Assembly: GCA_030916945.1 (NCBI GenBank)
Contig: JAUPVS010000002.1
Span: 10,688 to 74,687 of the forward strand
DNA length: 64,000 nt
From: Patescibacteria group bacterium
GTDB lineage: Bacteria > Patescibacteriota > Saccharimonadia > Saccharimonadales > JAUPVS01
Direction of reading: 5' to 3'
The translations under genes and the position numbers were made by a program. The notes below the pieces were generated by a model. That model saw only the letters and a program-made list of their open reading frames with translations, was not told where the DNA came from and made no database searches. Of the stretch, positions 29,763 to 38,341 are shown piece after piece (position 1 is the first letter of the stretch; every line of letters begins with the position of its first letter).

Positions 29763-30058
29763 GAATGTCTAATTAAGCCCTGCACTTCTTCCCAGGGCAA
29801 CTGTCCGCTCAGAATAATCGTGTTCCAATGTTTCTTATTTAAATGATAGCCCGGTAAAACAGTTTCGTATTTTTCGCGTAGCTTTTCGGCTAATAGCGGG
29901 TCGCACTTTAGACTTACTCTTAGCGGGTCCTTGCCTTCACTAATCAGAGCAAACATTTTGTCGCCCCTTTTATAGACTGCCACGCCTTCGCCGAACGGAT
30001 AATCCAGTCGGGCATTAGGCATGCTCAGGATGTAATCTTCAACTGTCTTGTGATCCAT
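29744..30058 (-). CDS. MmcQ/YjbR-family DNA-binding protein
   Basis: 104-aa protein with the YjbR-like pattern ...DYPFGEGVAVYKRGDKMFALI.... Confidence 0.55.
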   Translation of the reverse strand: MDHKTVEDYILSMPNARLDYPFGEGVAVYKRGDKMFALISEGKDPLRVSLKCDPLLAEKLREKYETVLPGYHLNKKHWNTIILSGQLPWEEVQGLIRHSYELVG

Positions 30059-30611
30059 CAGTCTTGAACCAATCTAAATAATGCTGCAGCTCGGCTATGC
30101 TAGCCTGAATGTCGTCAAAGGCACGATGAACCTCGGGTTTTTCAAAAACTTCACCGTATTTACCCTGCATAACAATTTTAAAGCTAGTCACATCGAGCAT
30201 GCGGTAATGAAGCTTGAGGTCGAGGGCTGGCATCCACTGCTTTATAAAACCGCGATCACTATGTATTGAGTTCCCCGCCAAAATTGCCGGATCGTTACCA
30301 AAGTGCTTCTGAATAATAGCTACTAATTCTTGTTCAACTTGCTGCAGAGGCTTGCCCTCGGCTAGCTTTTGAACAAATTCATCACGGTTCTGCGGGTAGT
30401 CTTTCCACCAAATATTGGCTTGCATGCGTTTGACAACCGTTTCCTGCGGGTGACTAATGCGGGCTTCGTAGCTTTCTAGTGTTTTAAAGTCAAAGTCCGT
30501 TATTTCGGCGGCGATCTCTAATATAACGTCTTGCTGAGCATCAAGGCCGGTCATTTCTAGGTCGACCCACAGTAGTTTAGTCGGTATTTTATCCTTGTCT
30601 ATATCGGTCAT
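30039..30611 (-). CDS. orn: oligoribonuclease (DEDDh 3'-5' exonuclease)
   Basis: LLWVDLEMTGLD exo I motif and the H...D exo III motif (HRAFDDIQASI). Confidence 0.85.
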   Translation of the reverse strand: MTDIDKDKIPTKLLWVDLEMTGLDAQQDVILEIAAEITDFDFKTLESYEARISHPQETVVKRMQANIWWKDYPQNRDEFVQKLAEGKPLQQVEQELVAIIQKHFGNDPAILAGNSIHSDRGFIKQWMPALDLKLHYRMLDVTSFKIVMQGKYGEVFEKPEVHRAFDDIQASIAELQHYLDWFKTDGSQDS

Positions 30612-31000
30612 GCGGCTTTTTCCTTAAAATTTAATGCCACCGAGTTAATGCAGTAACGTTGCCCGGTTGGCGTCTGTGGCGCATCATTAAAAACATGTCC
30701 CAAGTGGCTACCACAGGTAGCACAAACTACTTCGGTTCTTGTGGCACCCATACTTGAGTCATCCTTGAGTTCAAGTTTGGAGCTGTTTTTAACGTCATAA
30801 AAGCTGGGCCAACCACTGCCTGAATCAAATTTATGTTCGCTGCTAAAAATTTCGGTGCCGCAAGCTGCACATGAGTACATTCCTGATGCTTCGTTATGAA
30901 GCAAGGTGCCCGTAAACGGAGCCTCTGTCCCCTTTTGACGCAGAACAGCGTACTGTTCTTTGGTGAGCTTGGCTTTCCAATCTTGGCTGGTAGCTGACAC
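30608..31000 (-). CDS. msrB: peptide-methionine (R)-S-oxide reductase MsrB
   Basis: Two CxxC pairs, the GWPSF motif and the catalytic RTEVVCATCGSHLGHVF. Confidence 0.9.
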   Translation of the reverse strand: MSATSQDWKAKLTKEQYAVLRQKGTEAPFTGTLLHNEASGMYSCAACGTEIFSSEHKFDSGSGWPSFYDVKNSSKLELKDDSSMGATRTEVVCATCGSHLGHVFNDAPQTPTGQRYCINSVALNFKEKAA

Positions 31001-31404
31001 TACTTTTCTTTCTTTTTGGTCAGCTTGTCGAGCTTAAGACCGTGCACCACAAAGTACACCAAGGCGGCCACTATCGCGAAGCTAATGAATTGCATCACAA
31101 AAGCGCCCCAAGTGAAGACGGCTACTTTTTCGCCATTAGTTACACGTAGGGTTTTTTGGCCGAGATCGCCGTTACCTGGCAAAATTAGACCTAGTAATGG
31201 GTTGATGAAGCTAAATACAAACGAATCAACCAACGACTTGATCTGAGCACCCAGCACAATACCAATCGCTAGGCCGACTACACCTTGCTCGCGCAAGAAA
31301 TCAACAAAGCCCTGCAGCGGCTTTAACACCTTTGGCATGGTTATTGCCGGAAAGGTGACGGTCGTCTCATGTGCTTTTACGTGCTTTTTTTCGGCCATAT
31401 GCAA
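31000..31404 (-). CDS. mscL: large-conductance mechanosensitive channel MscL
   Basis: FLREQGVVGLAIGIVLGAQI TM1 signature and overall ~130-aa two-TM architecture. Confidence 0.85.
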   Translation of the reverse strand: MHMAEKKHVKAHETTVTFPAITMPKVLKPLQGFVDFLREQGVVGLAIGIVLGAQIKSLVDSFVFSFINPLLGLILPGNGDLGQKTLRVTNGEKVAVFTWGAFVMQFISFAIVAALVYFVVHGLKLDKLTKKKEK

Positions 31405-31441
31405 TTATTTTACCTTTTTCGCAAGCTAAAGCCAAGTATGA

Positions 31442-33118
31442 CTACATCTGTTCGGGCGCAGCAATATTGAGTAGTTCCAAGCCGTTTTTAAGAACTTGGG
31501 CATACGCCGCCACCAAACTTAGTCGAAAGTCTTGCCGTTCATCACCAATTACACGGTTCTGTTCATAAAAACGATTAAAAGTCTGGCACAGTTCATAGAG
31601 GTAGGTGGCAATGTAGTGCGGCATCCGGTCGTGCGACGATCGTTCAACGGCATCGGCGTATTCTGACAGCTTGCGAACTAACGAACGTTCAGCTGGCTGA
31701 AGTTCATCAACCTCGCTAGCTCCTTGAACCTCGGCCTTACGCAAGATACTGCGAGCGCGAGCATGCGCATATTGCAGATAAGGTCCGGTGTTCCCTTCTA
31801 GGCTGACGCTCTCGGCAGGATCAAACACGATGTCACCGCCAATTCGGGCTTTCAAGAAGAGATAGGCGATGGCGGCAAACTGACTATCGGCCTGGCTATC
31901 CCCGGTGTAGCCCTTGTCCTGCTGCGCCGCTGCCACCACATCAAACAACCACTCAATATTAATCACATCACCGGTTCGGCTACTCATTTTGCCAGTGGTG
32001 AGTTTAATTATGCCGTGCGGTAGACTGAAGCATTTGTTGGCCAATTCCGGCATAAAGTTACCTAGCGCCGCGTAGACCACCTTAAAGTAGGCCTGCTGTT
32101 CATTGCCAGTTATTACAATCGAAGCATCCATCTTAAAGTCTTCGTCTTTTTGAACGGCCAGCGCCAAGTCACGGGCGGCATACAGAGTCGTCCCCCTCTG
32201 AGTAATAAACACGGCAGTGTGTAGGCCATCCTTTTCACCCTCATAAATAACCGCACCGTCGCTCTCCGTAAAGACATCAGGTACATGGTCGAGCACTAGT
32301 TGCTTGCCCAAGACGTCGGCGTCGCGCTCCAAGTACCTCTTTTCGACCGGGGTCGACTGGAGTTGTTTAAAGATAGTGTCAAAGTATTCAAAACTCCACT
32401 GATTACATGTCTCGTAAACCTCGGTGAAGATTGGATCATCGAGGCGAAAGCTCTGTTTGGTAAGTTCCTCGATTTCGGCTTGTGCCTGCTGGTTGTCCTT
32501 GTAAGCGGCCGAGCCTTGGCGGTACATTTCGCTCATAAACTTGGCTCGTTCGGCCTGGCCAACAGCAGCTAGTTGCGACGGATCATTGTTGATGTGCTTG
32601 AGGATCGCCCACATGCTTTTGCCCACATGCAAACCAACATCGCCGTGATAACTAACACGATGAACTTTTGCTCCGGCGGACTCTAAAATATTGGCGATCG
32701 TATTAGCGACGATAATGTTATAAGCATGGCCGATGTGAAGATCTTTGAAAGGATTAGGGTTGTTGGTTTCGATAACAATCGTTTGGCCAGCCAGAGTCTG
32801 ATTCTTGCCAAAGTCAGTTTTTTTAGCCTGTACCTCGTGCAAAACGTTAAGCAGTAGCTTGTCGGCCAGGGTTAGGTTCAGAAAGCCCGGTCCAGCCACG
32901 CTGACACTGGAGATTGAACCATCGTTATTGGCTTCTAGGTAAGATTTAATTTGCTCAGCTATGTCGCGCGGAGGTTGCTTGGTCTGTTTGGCAAGCTGCA
33001 AAGCAACGTTACTAGAGAAATCACCGAACTGCTCGTCGGGACGAGTCAGTTCCGGTTCAACGGTAATGCCAAATAGTTCGTTACAGGCTGTCGCTAAAAG
33101 CTCCACAAGATAGGTCAT
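31442..33118 (-). CDS. argS: arginine--tRNA ligase
   Basis: Class I signature PNPFKDLHIGHAYN (HIGH) and KMSSRTG (KMSKS-like). C-terminal DALR anticodon-binding region. Confidence 0.95.
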   Translation of the reverse strand: MTYLVELLATACNELFGITVEPELTRPDEQFGDFSSNVALQLAKQTKQPPRDIAEQIKSYLEANNDGSISSVSVAGPGFLNLTLADKLLLNVLHEVQAKKTDFGKNQTLAGQTIVIETNNPNPFKDLHIGHAYNIIVANTIANILESAGAKVHRVSYHGDVGLHVGKSMWAILKHINNDPSQLAAVGQAERAKFMSEMYRQGSAAYKDNQQAQAEIEELTKQSFRLDDPIFTEVYETCNQWSFEYFDTIFKQLQSTPVEKRYLERDADVLGKQLVLDHVPDVFTESDGAVIYEGEKDGLHTAVFITQRGTTLYAARDLALAVQKDEDFKMDASIVITGNEQQAYFKVVYAALGNFMPELANKCFSLPHGIIKLTTGKMSSRTGDVINIEWLFDVVAAAQQDKGYTGDSQADSQFAAIAYLFLKARIGGDIVFDPAESVSLEGNTGPYLQYAHARARSILRKAEVQGASEVDELQPAERSLVRKLSEYADAVERSSHDRMPHYIATYLYELCQTFNRFYEQNRVIGDERQDFRLSLVAAYAQVLKNGLELLNIAAPEQM

Positions 33119-33136
33119 GGTAGCTAGTATAACAGA

Positions 33137-33826
33137 TTAGCGCCTGGCTTCGTGGCTGTTCTGCCGAGCCAGCCGAACTAGCTGATAGCCAACCGCATAA
33201 ATACTCGTCAGCAAGGCAAAGAACATAAGCGTAGTGGTAAAGACCTGCGGGTGACTCGACGGGTTAACAAAGGGCTCCGAAACATCAAAGATCAGTCCAA
33301 ACGGATTCAGGATAATATCCCAGCTGTTCCAGCGCAGATAGCGCCCGAGGTAAATTGCAAAACTGCACAGTAGTAACACTAACCCGGCCAAGAAGTGGGC
33401 GACGTTGCGTCCCAAGGTTTGGCGTAGCCTGGCGTGGATACCATACAAACTGACATAGCCTAAAATGAAGCCGTTGAACATGAACGAAATAAACATCGTG
33501 ACGTCGTATAGCAGGCTGATGTCACCGGTGGCACGCAGATGAATCATGTCACTGGCAATGTAAAAGGCATTGGGTAGAAAGGCCAGCCATAGCACTGTTA
33601 ATAAAAGGTTCGTCCAGTGATGCCAGCGTGTCTTGCCAAGACGAGCCAGTAGCCACCAGGCAAACGCCAAAGGAAGCCAGGCCAGTGCCAAATTCCAAGC
33701 TAAGAACCAGTAGGTCCAGGTTTGTGTCGCCAAAATACGCACCAATAGGAAGCCTAAACTAACGGCACTTGAAGCCATCAAGGTTAGCAAGAGCTGGTCG
33801 CGTGACGTTCGTGTAGTAGCTCCCAT
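33137..33826 (-). CDS. hypothetical integral membrane protein (Trp-rich, ~6 TM)
   Basis: 229 aa, almost entirely hydrophobic, with repeated W-rich helices. No catalytic motif recognised. Confidence 0.45.
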   Translation of the reverse strand: MGATTRTSRDQLLLTLMASSAVSLGFLLVRILATQTWTYWFLAWNLALAWLPLAFAWWLLARLGKTRWHHWTNLLLTVLWLAFLPNAFYIASDMIHLRATGDISLLYDVTMFISFMFNGFILGYVSLYGIHARLRQTLGRNVAHFLAGLVLLLCSFAIYLGRYLRWNSWDIILNPFGLIFDVSEPFVNPSSHPQVFTTTLMFFALLTSIYAVGYQLVRLARQNSHEARR

Positions 33827-33863
33827 ACTCTCCTATTATAGCAAGTGGGTTATAATATAGCCG

Positions 33864-34496
33864 ATGCAACCACTCTACAACCTACTCGACAGTTGTCGAA
33901 AATTGGTCCAGCGCGGCGCTTTGGCCGTTGCCAAGCTATTAAATAAACTTAGCGGCGGTAAACTTTCGCCCAACGCTGTTACCTTGTTTGGCTTTGCCAT
34001 GCACCTACCAATTGCCCTGCTAATTGCCCGTGGTTACTTTATATACGCCGGCTTATTCCTGATTATTTTTGGCTTATTTGACACCCTAGACGGTCAGTTA
34101 GCTCGCCTCCAAGGACGGGCCAGTAACCTCGGCATGTTCTTAGACTCGGTCACCGACCGCATGAAAGAAGCCTTGCTCTATATTGGAATTGCCTACTTCT
34201 TTGTATGGTCCGGCCAGCCCAACATGGCAGTTTGGGCAGTGGTGGCTTGTGGTGCCGGTTTACTGGTTAGCTACATTAACGCTTGGGGCGAAGTTGTTAC
34301 TAAAGACATAGAGAATGAACGCCACCAAACCAACAAGGTCTTTCGTGGCGGCATTATGAGTTTTGATGTTCGAATGTTCGTGATTATTGTTGGTCTACTC
34401 TTTAATCAGCTACCCGTTGCCATAGTTGTGATTGCTCTCCTGGCCTGGGTTACAGCCCTACAAAGAGTTCGAATGGTAATGCAGAAACTCCGCTAG
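33864..34496 (+). CDS. CDP-alcohol phosphatidyltransferase family protein (PgsA-like)
   Basis: DTLDGQLAR...GMFLDSVTDR matches the D-G-x2-A-R...D-x3-D signature of CDP-alcohol phosphatidyltransferases. Multi-TM. Confidence 0.75.
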   Translation: MQPLYNLLDSCRKLVQRGALAVAKLLNKLSGGKLSPNAVTLFGFAMHLPIALLIARGYFIYAGLFLIIFGLFDTLDGQLARLQGRASNLGMFLDSVTDRMKEALLYIGIAYFFVWSGQPNMAVWAVVACGAGLLVSYINAWGEVVTKDIENERHQTNKVFRGGIMSFDVRMFVIIVGLLFNQLPVAIVVIALLAWVTALQRVRMVMQKLR

Positions 34497-34498
34497 CC

Positions 34499-35152
34499 AT
34501 GCTTAAAATTGATCTTCACACCCACTCAATCGCATCAGACGACGGCGGCATCACCCCCCGCCAATACCAGCACTTGCTGGACAGTGGCCATCTAGACTTT
34601 ATTGCCGTGACCGACCACAACCAGATAGCGCTAGCCCTGCAGTTAAGACAGGATCTTGGCAAACGCATTATCGTTGGCGAAGAGGTTATGACCCGCCAAG
34701 GCGAAATCATCGGCTTATTCCTAAAAAAGCCCGTTAAACCCGGGGTGACCGCCCTAGAAACTGTTAAGGCAATTCACGACCAGGGCGGCCTGGTATACAT
34801 CCCCCACCCTTTCGAAACCATTCGGCATGGCCTCCAAGCCGTCGTTCTGGACAGTTTAGCCGACTACATTGACATCATTGAGGTTCATAATGGTCGGGCA
34901 GTGGCTCAAAACCGCAGCACCGAGGCCTTGGTTTGGGCTAAGCGACATAATGTTCAGATGGCAGCCAGTAGCGACGCTCATACCGTGCGCGGCGTTGGTC
35001 ATACCTACACGGTCACCGACCAAGCCATTACTAAAGCCAATCTACTTGAAATGCTAGAGCAGGCCACGCTTTGTGCCGCCCGACCACCTCTAATAACATT
35101 GGCCGCACCTAAATATAATAAACTTCGAAAGAAACTGCAGAGGAAATCATGA
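34499..35152 (+). CDS. PHP-family metal-dependent phosphoesterase
   Basis: MLKIDLHTHSIASDDG N-terminal His motif plus downstream His clusters of the PHP fold. Start is 3 nt after the previous stop. Confidence 0.7.
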   Translation: MLKIDLHTHSIASDDGGITPRQYQHLLDSGHLDFIAVTDHNQIALALQLRQDLGKRIIVGEEVMTRQGEIIGLFLKKPVKPGVTALETVKAIHDQGGLVYIPHPFETIRHGLQAVVLDSLADYIDIIEVHNGRAVAQNRSTEALVWAKRHNVQMAASSDAHTVRGVGHTYTVTDQAITKANLLEMLEQATLCAARPPLITLAAPKYNKLRKKLQRKS

Positions 35153-35667
35153 GCTGGCTACAAGCGATTTTACTTTTTTTGCCGGCTGGTTTAGCCAACG
35201 CCACCCCGGTTATAGCCAATAAAATACCAGTCATCAAGAACTGGCAGACACCGATGGACTTTGGTATTAGCTGGCACGGCAAACGCCTGCTAGGCACCAA
35301 CAAAACTTGGCGGGGTGTTCTAACGGGTAGCTTAATCGGTGGTTTAACCGCCCTACTATTGTCACCGATCGTCGATTATCATAGTTCGTTGTGGGCTACT
35401 TTTGGGCTGGGCTTTATTATGGGCTTTGGCGCTCTGTTTGGAGACGCCGTCGAGAGTGCCATAAAACGCCGCCGCGGCATCCCGGCCGGCTCCAGCTGGT
35501 TCCCGTTTGATCAAACCGACTATATTATTGGCGGCCTACTATTCTTGTACCCCTGGATGCAGCTATCTGTGCAAACAATGGCTGTTATCATTGTCAGCTA
35601 TTTTGGTCTACACCTGGTTGTTGTCTATGTTGCCCACTCTCTAGGCATTAGAGACAAGCCAATCTAA
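35149..35667 (+). CDS. short CTP-transferase family 1 membrane cytidylyltransferase (CarS/DUF46-like, CdsA-related)
   Basis: 172 aa, ~5 TM. The C-terminal FGDAVESAIKRRRGIPAGS matches the CdsA/CarS GDxxES..KR..G.K box. N-terminal PAGLANATPV...KTWRG resembles CarS. ATGA overlap with the PHP gene. Confidence 0.55.
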   Translation: MSWLQAILLFLPAGLANATPVIANKIPVIKNWQTPMDFGISWHGKRLLGTNKTWRGVLTGSLIGGLTALLLSPIVDYHSSLWATFGLGFIMGFGALFGDAVESAIKRRRGIPAGSSWFPFDQTDYIIGGLLFLYPWMQLSVQTMAVIIVSYFGLHLVVVYVAHSLGIRDKPI

Positions 35668-36104
35668 GCTTCGCCGCGCTCTTTTTTGCGTTGTTCGGGC
35701 GTTTCGTCGGGGCGGGCATAGTCATCTTCTAAGCGCCAGGTGGTGCCCAGTTCGGGTGTCGATACTTCGATAATGTCACAGTCGGTCACACCAACCAAGC
35801 GGTGCTTCTGGCCCAGCTGGGTACTATAACCCTGTCCGGGTTGCAATACAGTTTCGATCAACTGACCGGTGTTGTCTTCCCAGATAACTTTAGCCTCACC
35901 GGCGTGGATAAACCAGCTTTCCTGTTTTTGGTCGTGAATCTGCAGACTTAGCTTAGCACCGGCCTTAATGTGCAGCAGCTTACCCATGTAAGGAGCGTCG
36001 GCAGGCACCCAATGCACCTCGTAGCCCCAAGGTTTATCGACTTTCTTGGCATACGGTTGGTTGCTAAATTGGCTGGGGTCAAAAATTGGCGCTTGGTCAC
36101 TCAT
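35664..36104 (-). CDS. cupin-domain protein (mannose-6-phosphate isomerase type-II-like cupin)
   Basis: KLLHIKAGAKLSLQIHDQKQESWFIHAGEAKV matches the cupin two-motif pattern. Overlaps the upstream PGI/PMI gene by 4 nt. Confidence 0.6.
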   Translation of the reverse strand: MSDQAPIFDPSQFSNQPYAKKVDKPWGYEVHWVPADAPYMGKLLHIKAGAKLSLQIHDQKQESWFIHAGEAKVIWEDNTGQLIETVLQPGQGYSTQLGQKHRLVGVTDCDIIEVSTPELGTTWRLEDDYARPDETPEQRKKERGEA

Positions 36105-37156
36105 GAGTCTAATGCTACCTTAAATTTCTCGACCAAATCAACCGGAGCTGGGTTTAGGCCGTTCAATAAAGCTAAATAGATACTAACAAAGTCGCCCAAC
36201 GCCGATGTCCACAGCACTTGCTCTAATACTGTGTCCCCTTTAGCCTGTACGGTAATTGGTTCTGGACGCATGCCAGAAAGTAAACGCGCACTGACTTCAA
36301 AGCGTTTCTGGACGCGCGGATGTTCAAAACTACTTCTTAAGTCAACCACAGTGTAAGGCTTGTCGGTCGGCTGCTTACTCCAGCCAATAAATTCATTGTG
36401 ATTGAACTCCGGTATCTGGTTTAGCCAAGCGACTTGCTTGGCGTTCTCGTTCACACTAATCTTCCACTTATAGGCCGCCGGATACAAATGTGGTCCAGCA
36501 TATACAACAACTGACTTCCCAATTAACTCTTGGGCGATTTGTTTGGCAAGATTATCTTTGACCGCAACATCAGGTCGCCAGGCAGCAACTTCACGGTTCA
36601 AAAACGACCCAGCTGCCTCAACGGTTTGGACGAAGTCCTTAGCCGCCACTACGCCTGACTTTTCTAGGGTTACTAACAAGGCCTTGAAGTTAGCCAGCAC
36701 AGCGTATCTAGGCTGAGCAGTCTTAGGAAGCTCCAATAACGGGTAATTCTTGGTTTGGGCGGCCTCTTTTAACTTGCCGCCACCAGTAATAATAACGATC
36801 TGTGAACCTTTCTGTTCGGCCTGGGCCAGAGCCGATAAGGTCTCTTCGGTATTGCCCGAGTAGCTAGCGCAAATAACCAGTGTTCTTTCGTTAACGTAGT
36901 GAGGTAGGTCGTAATCACGTACTACCTGAAATGGCACAGTCACCGGTGGCCAGGTTTGGGCCAGCAAGGCAGCCAGGGCCGACCCGCCCATGCCGGCATA
37001 GACAATATTTTGAATCGGCTGAAAGGCAGTTGCGCCCGATAAACTAAAGGCCTGGGCCAGCTGTTGGCCTTGCTTTTCAACAATTCCCAGGGCATCTTCA
37101 ACATCACGTTCATGAATATAGGCAAGATCGTCTAACATACGCTGCACAGCCTCCAA
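36101..37156 (-). CDS. bifunctional phosphoglucose/phosphomannose isomerase (archaeal-type, SIS domain)
   Basis: SIS-domain GMGGSALAALL motif, a second SIS repeat, and the size and arrangement typical of PGI/PMI family enzymes. Confidence 0.7.
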   Translation of the reverse strand: MEAVQRMLDDLAYIHERDVEDALGIVEKQGQQLAQAFSLSGATAFQPIQNIVYAGMGGSALAALLAQTWPPVTVPFQVVRDYDLPHYVNERTLVICASYSGNTEETLSALAQAEQKGSQIVIITGGGKLKEAAQTKNYPLLELPKTAQPRYAVLANFKALLVTLEKSGVVAAKDFVQTVEAAGSFLNREVAAWRPDVAVKDNLAKQIAQELIGKSVVVYAGPHLYPAAYKWKISVNENAKQVAWLNQIPEFNHNEFIGWSKQPTDKPYTVVDLRSSFEHPRVQKRFEVSARLLSGMRPEPITVQAKGDTVLEQVLWTSALGDFVSIYLALLNGLNPAPVDLVEKFKVALDS

Positions 37157-37232
37157 TTAATACCTTTTAGTATACGCCATGGCTATGGTATAGTGCTTAT
37201 AGTTTAATAGTAATCTAATAGGGGGTGGGTAC

Positions 37233-37823
37233 ATGTTTGGCCACGACGATAACGACGAAAAAAAAGATGAAACTGTAGTGGTGGCGCCAACCACCGATCC
37301 AACTACCAGCGATACCCCAGATGTTAGCAGTGTCGGTGCGGTTACCGATCCAAGCCCGGCTACAGACAGCCCTTCCACTCCACCATCGGACAATCCATTA
37401 GTTAGCTCGCCGGCTGATGACAACTCCGACCAAGCTGAAGAAGCCGCCACACCAGATGTGCCAGCTAGTGAACCAACCGAAGAGCCTAGTGCTGCCCCCG
37501 AAGTAACCCCAGAAGTTACGACAACAGACTCCTCAACCGAAGAAGCCCCAGCAAGTAGCAACACATCGCCCAACAGCGAAGACGACGATGAGCTACTCAC
37601 CCTCAAGAAACAAGCGCTAGAAGAACTTGCTCCACTAGTCGATCAGCTCGATCAAACCCCAGAAGAAAAGTTCAAAACCACCATGATGATGATCCAGGCA
37701 ACCGATAGCGCCAGCCTAGTTAAGGTTGCGCACGAAGCCGCTCAAAAAATCAGCGACGAAAAAGTACGTGCCCAAGCTCTGTTAGATATCGTTAACGAAA
37801 TCAACTACTTTACACAAAAGTAA
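37233..37823 (+). CDS. hypothetical acidic low-complexity protein
   Basis: 196 aa, extremely Asp/Glu/Thr/Pro/Ser-rich N-terminal two-thirds, then a short helical C-terminal module. The antisense 149-aa Ser-rich ORF is considered spurious. Confidence 0.4.
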   Translation: MFGHDDNDEKKDETVVVAPTTDPTTSDTPDVSSVGAVTDPSPATDSPSTPPSDNPLVSSPADDNSDQAEEAATPDVPASEPTEEPSAAPEVTPEVTTTDSSTEEAPASSNTSPNSEDDDELLTLKKQALEELAPLVDQLDQTPEEKFKTTMMMIQATDSASLVKVAHEAAQKISDEKVRAQALLDIVNEINYFTQK

Positions 37824-37828
37824 TCTTT

Positions 37829-38269
37829 TTACTCGTCGCTAGTAGGACCGGTACGCGGTAAGTCTGTTACCGTTGGACCAGTTGCTGGTGTCTGGGTGGG
37901 AGTTGGAGCTGGAGCTGTATTGCCGGAAGTGCTACCAGAATTATTTGGCGCCGGTGTTGATGTTTCTGGTGTTGATGGTGCCGGTTGATCACCGGCTGCC
38001 TTTTGTTCGGTCTGATCAGTGCCCTGGGTGGTCGGAGTACTTGTTGGCTCATCGTCTTTAGTAACAGCGTTCCAAGCCCATTGGCCGAACCAAAACAAAC
38101 CAAGCACAAATAGAGCCGTAACAATAAACGTTGCGATCGAAACCAACCATACCCGGCCCATACCCTGTGAACTATTGGGCTGATATATGTCTTTGGCAGA
38201 ATTTACTTCTGGCGACTCAGTCGTTTCAACTGGTTGATCGGTTTGCTGTTTTCGGCGAAATGACCACAT
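37829..38269 (-). CDS. hypothetical membrane-anchored protein with Thr/Pro-rich tail
   Basis: 146 aa. One TM (VSIATFIVTALFVLGLFWF) followed by T/P/S-rich sequence. Confidence 0.35.
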   Translation of the reverse strand: MWSFRRKQQTDQPVETTESPEVNSAKDIYQPNSSQGMGRVWLVSIATFIVTALFVLGLFWFGQWAWNAVTKDDEPTSTPTTQGTDQTEQKAAGDQPAPSTPETSTPAPNNSGSTSGNTAPAPTPTQTPATGPTVTDLPRTGPTSDE

Positions 38270-38341
38270 ATGCTACTCCCTTAGCCCACCAACACCTTAA
38301 TTTTACCTACAGTAATACAGAACTAGCGGGAGCGCAAGCTA

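Noticed and set aside
37157-37606. 149-aa Ser-rich minus-strand ORF
   Set aside because: Antisense to the acidic low-complexity protein at 37233..37823. The compositional artefact is the same as above. The plus-strand ORF has the better start context.
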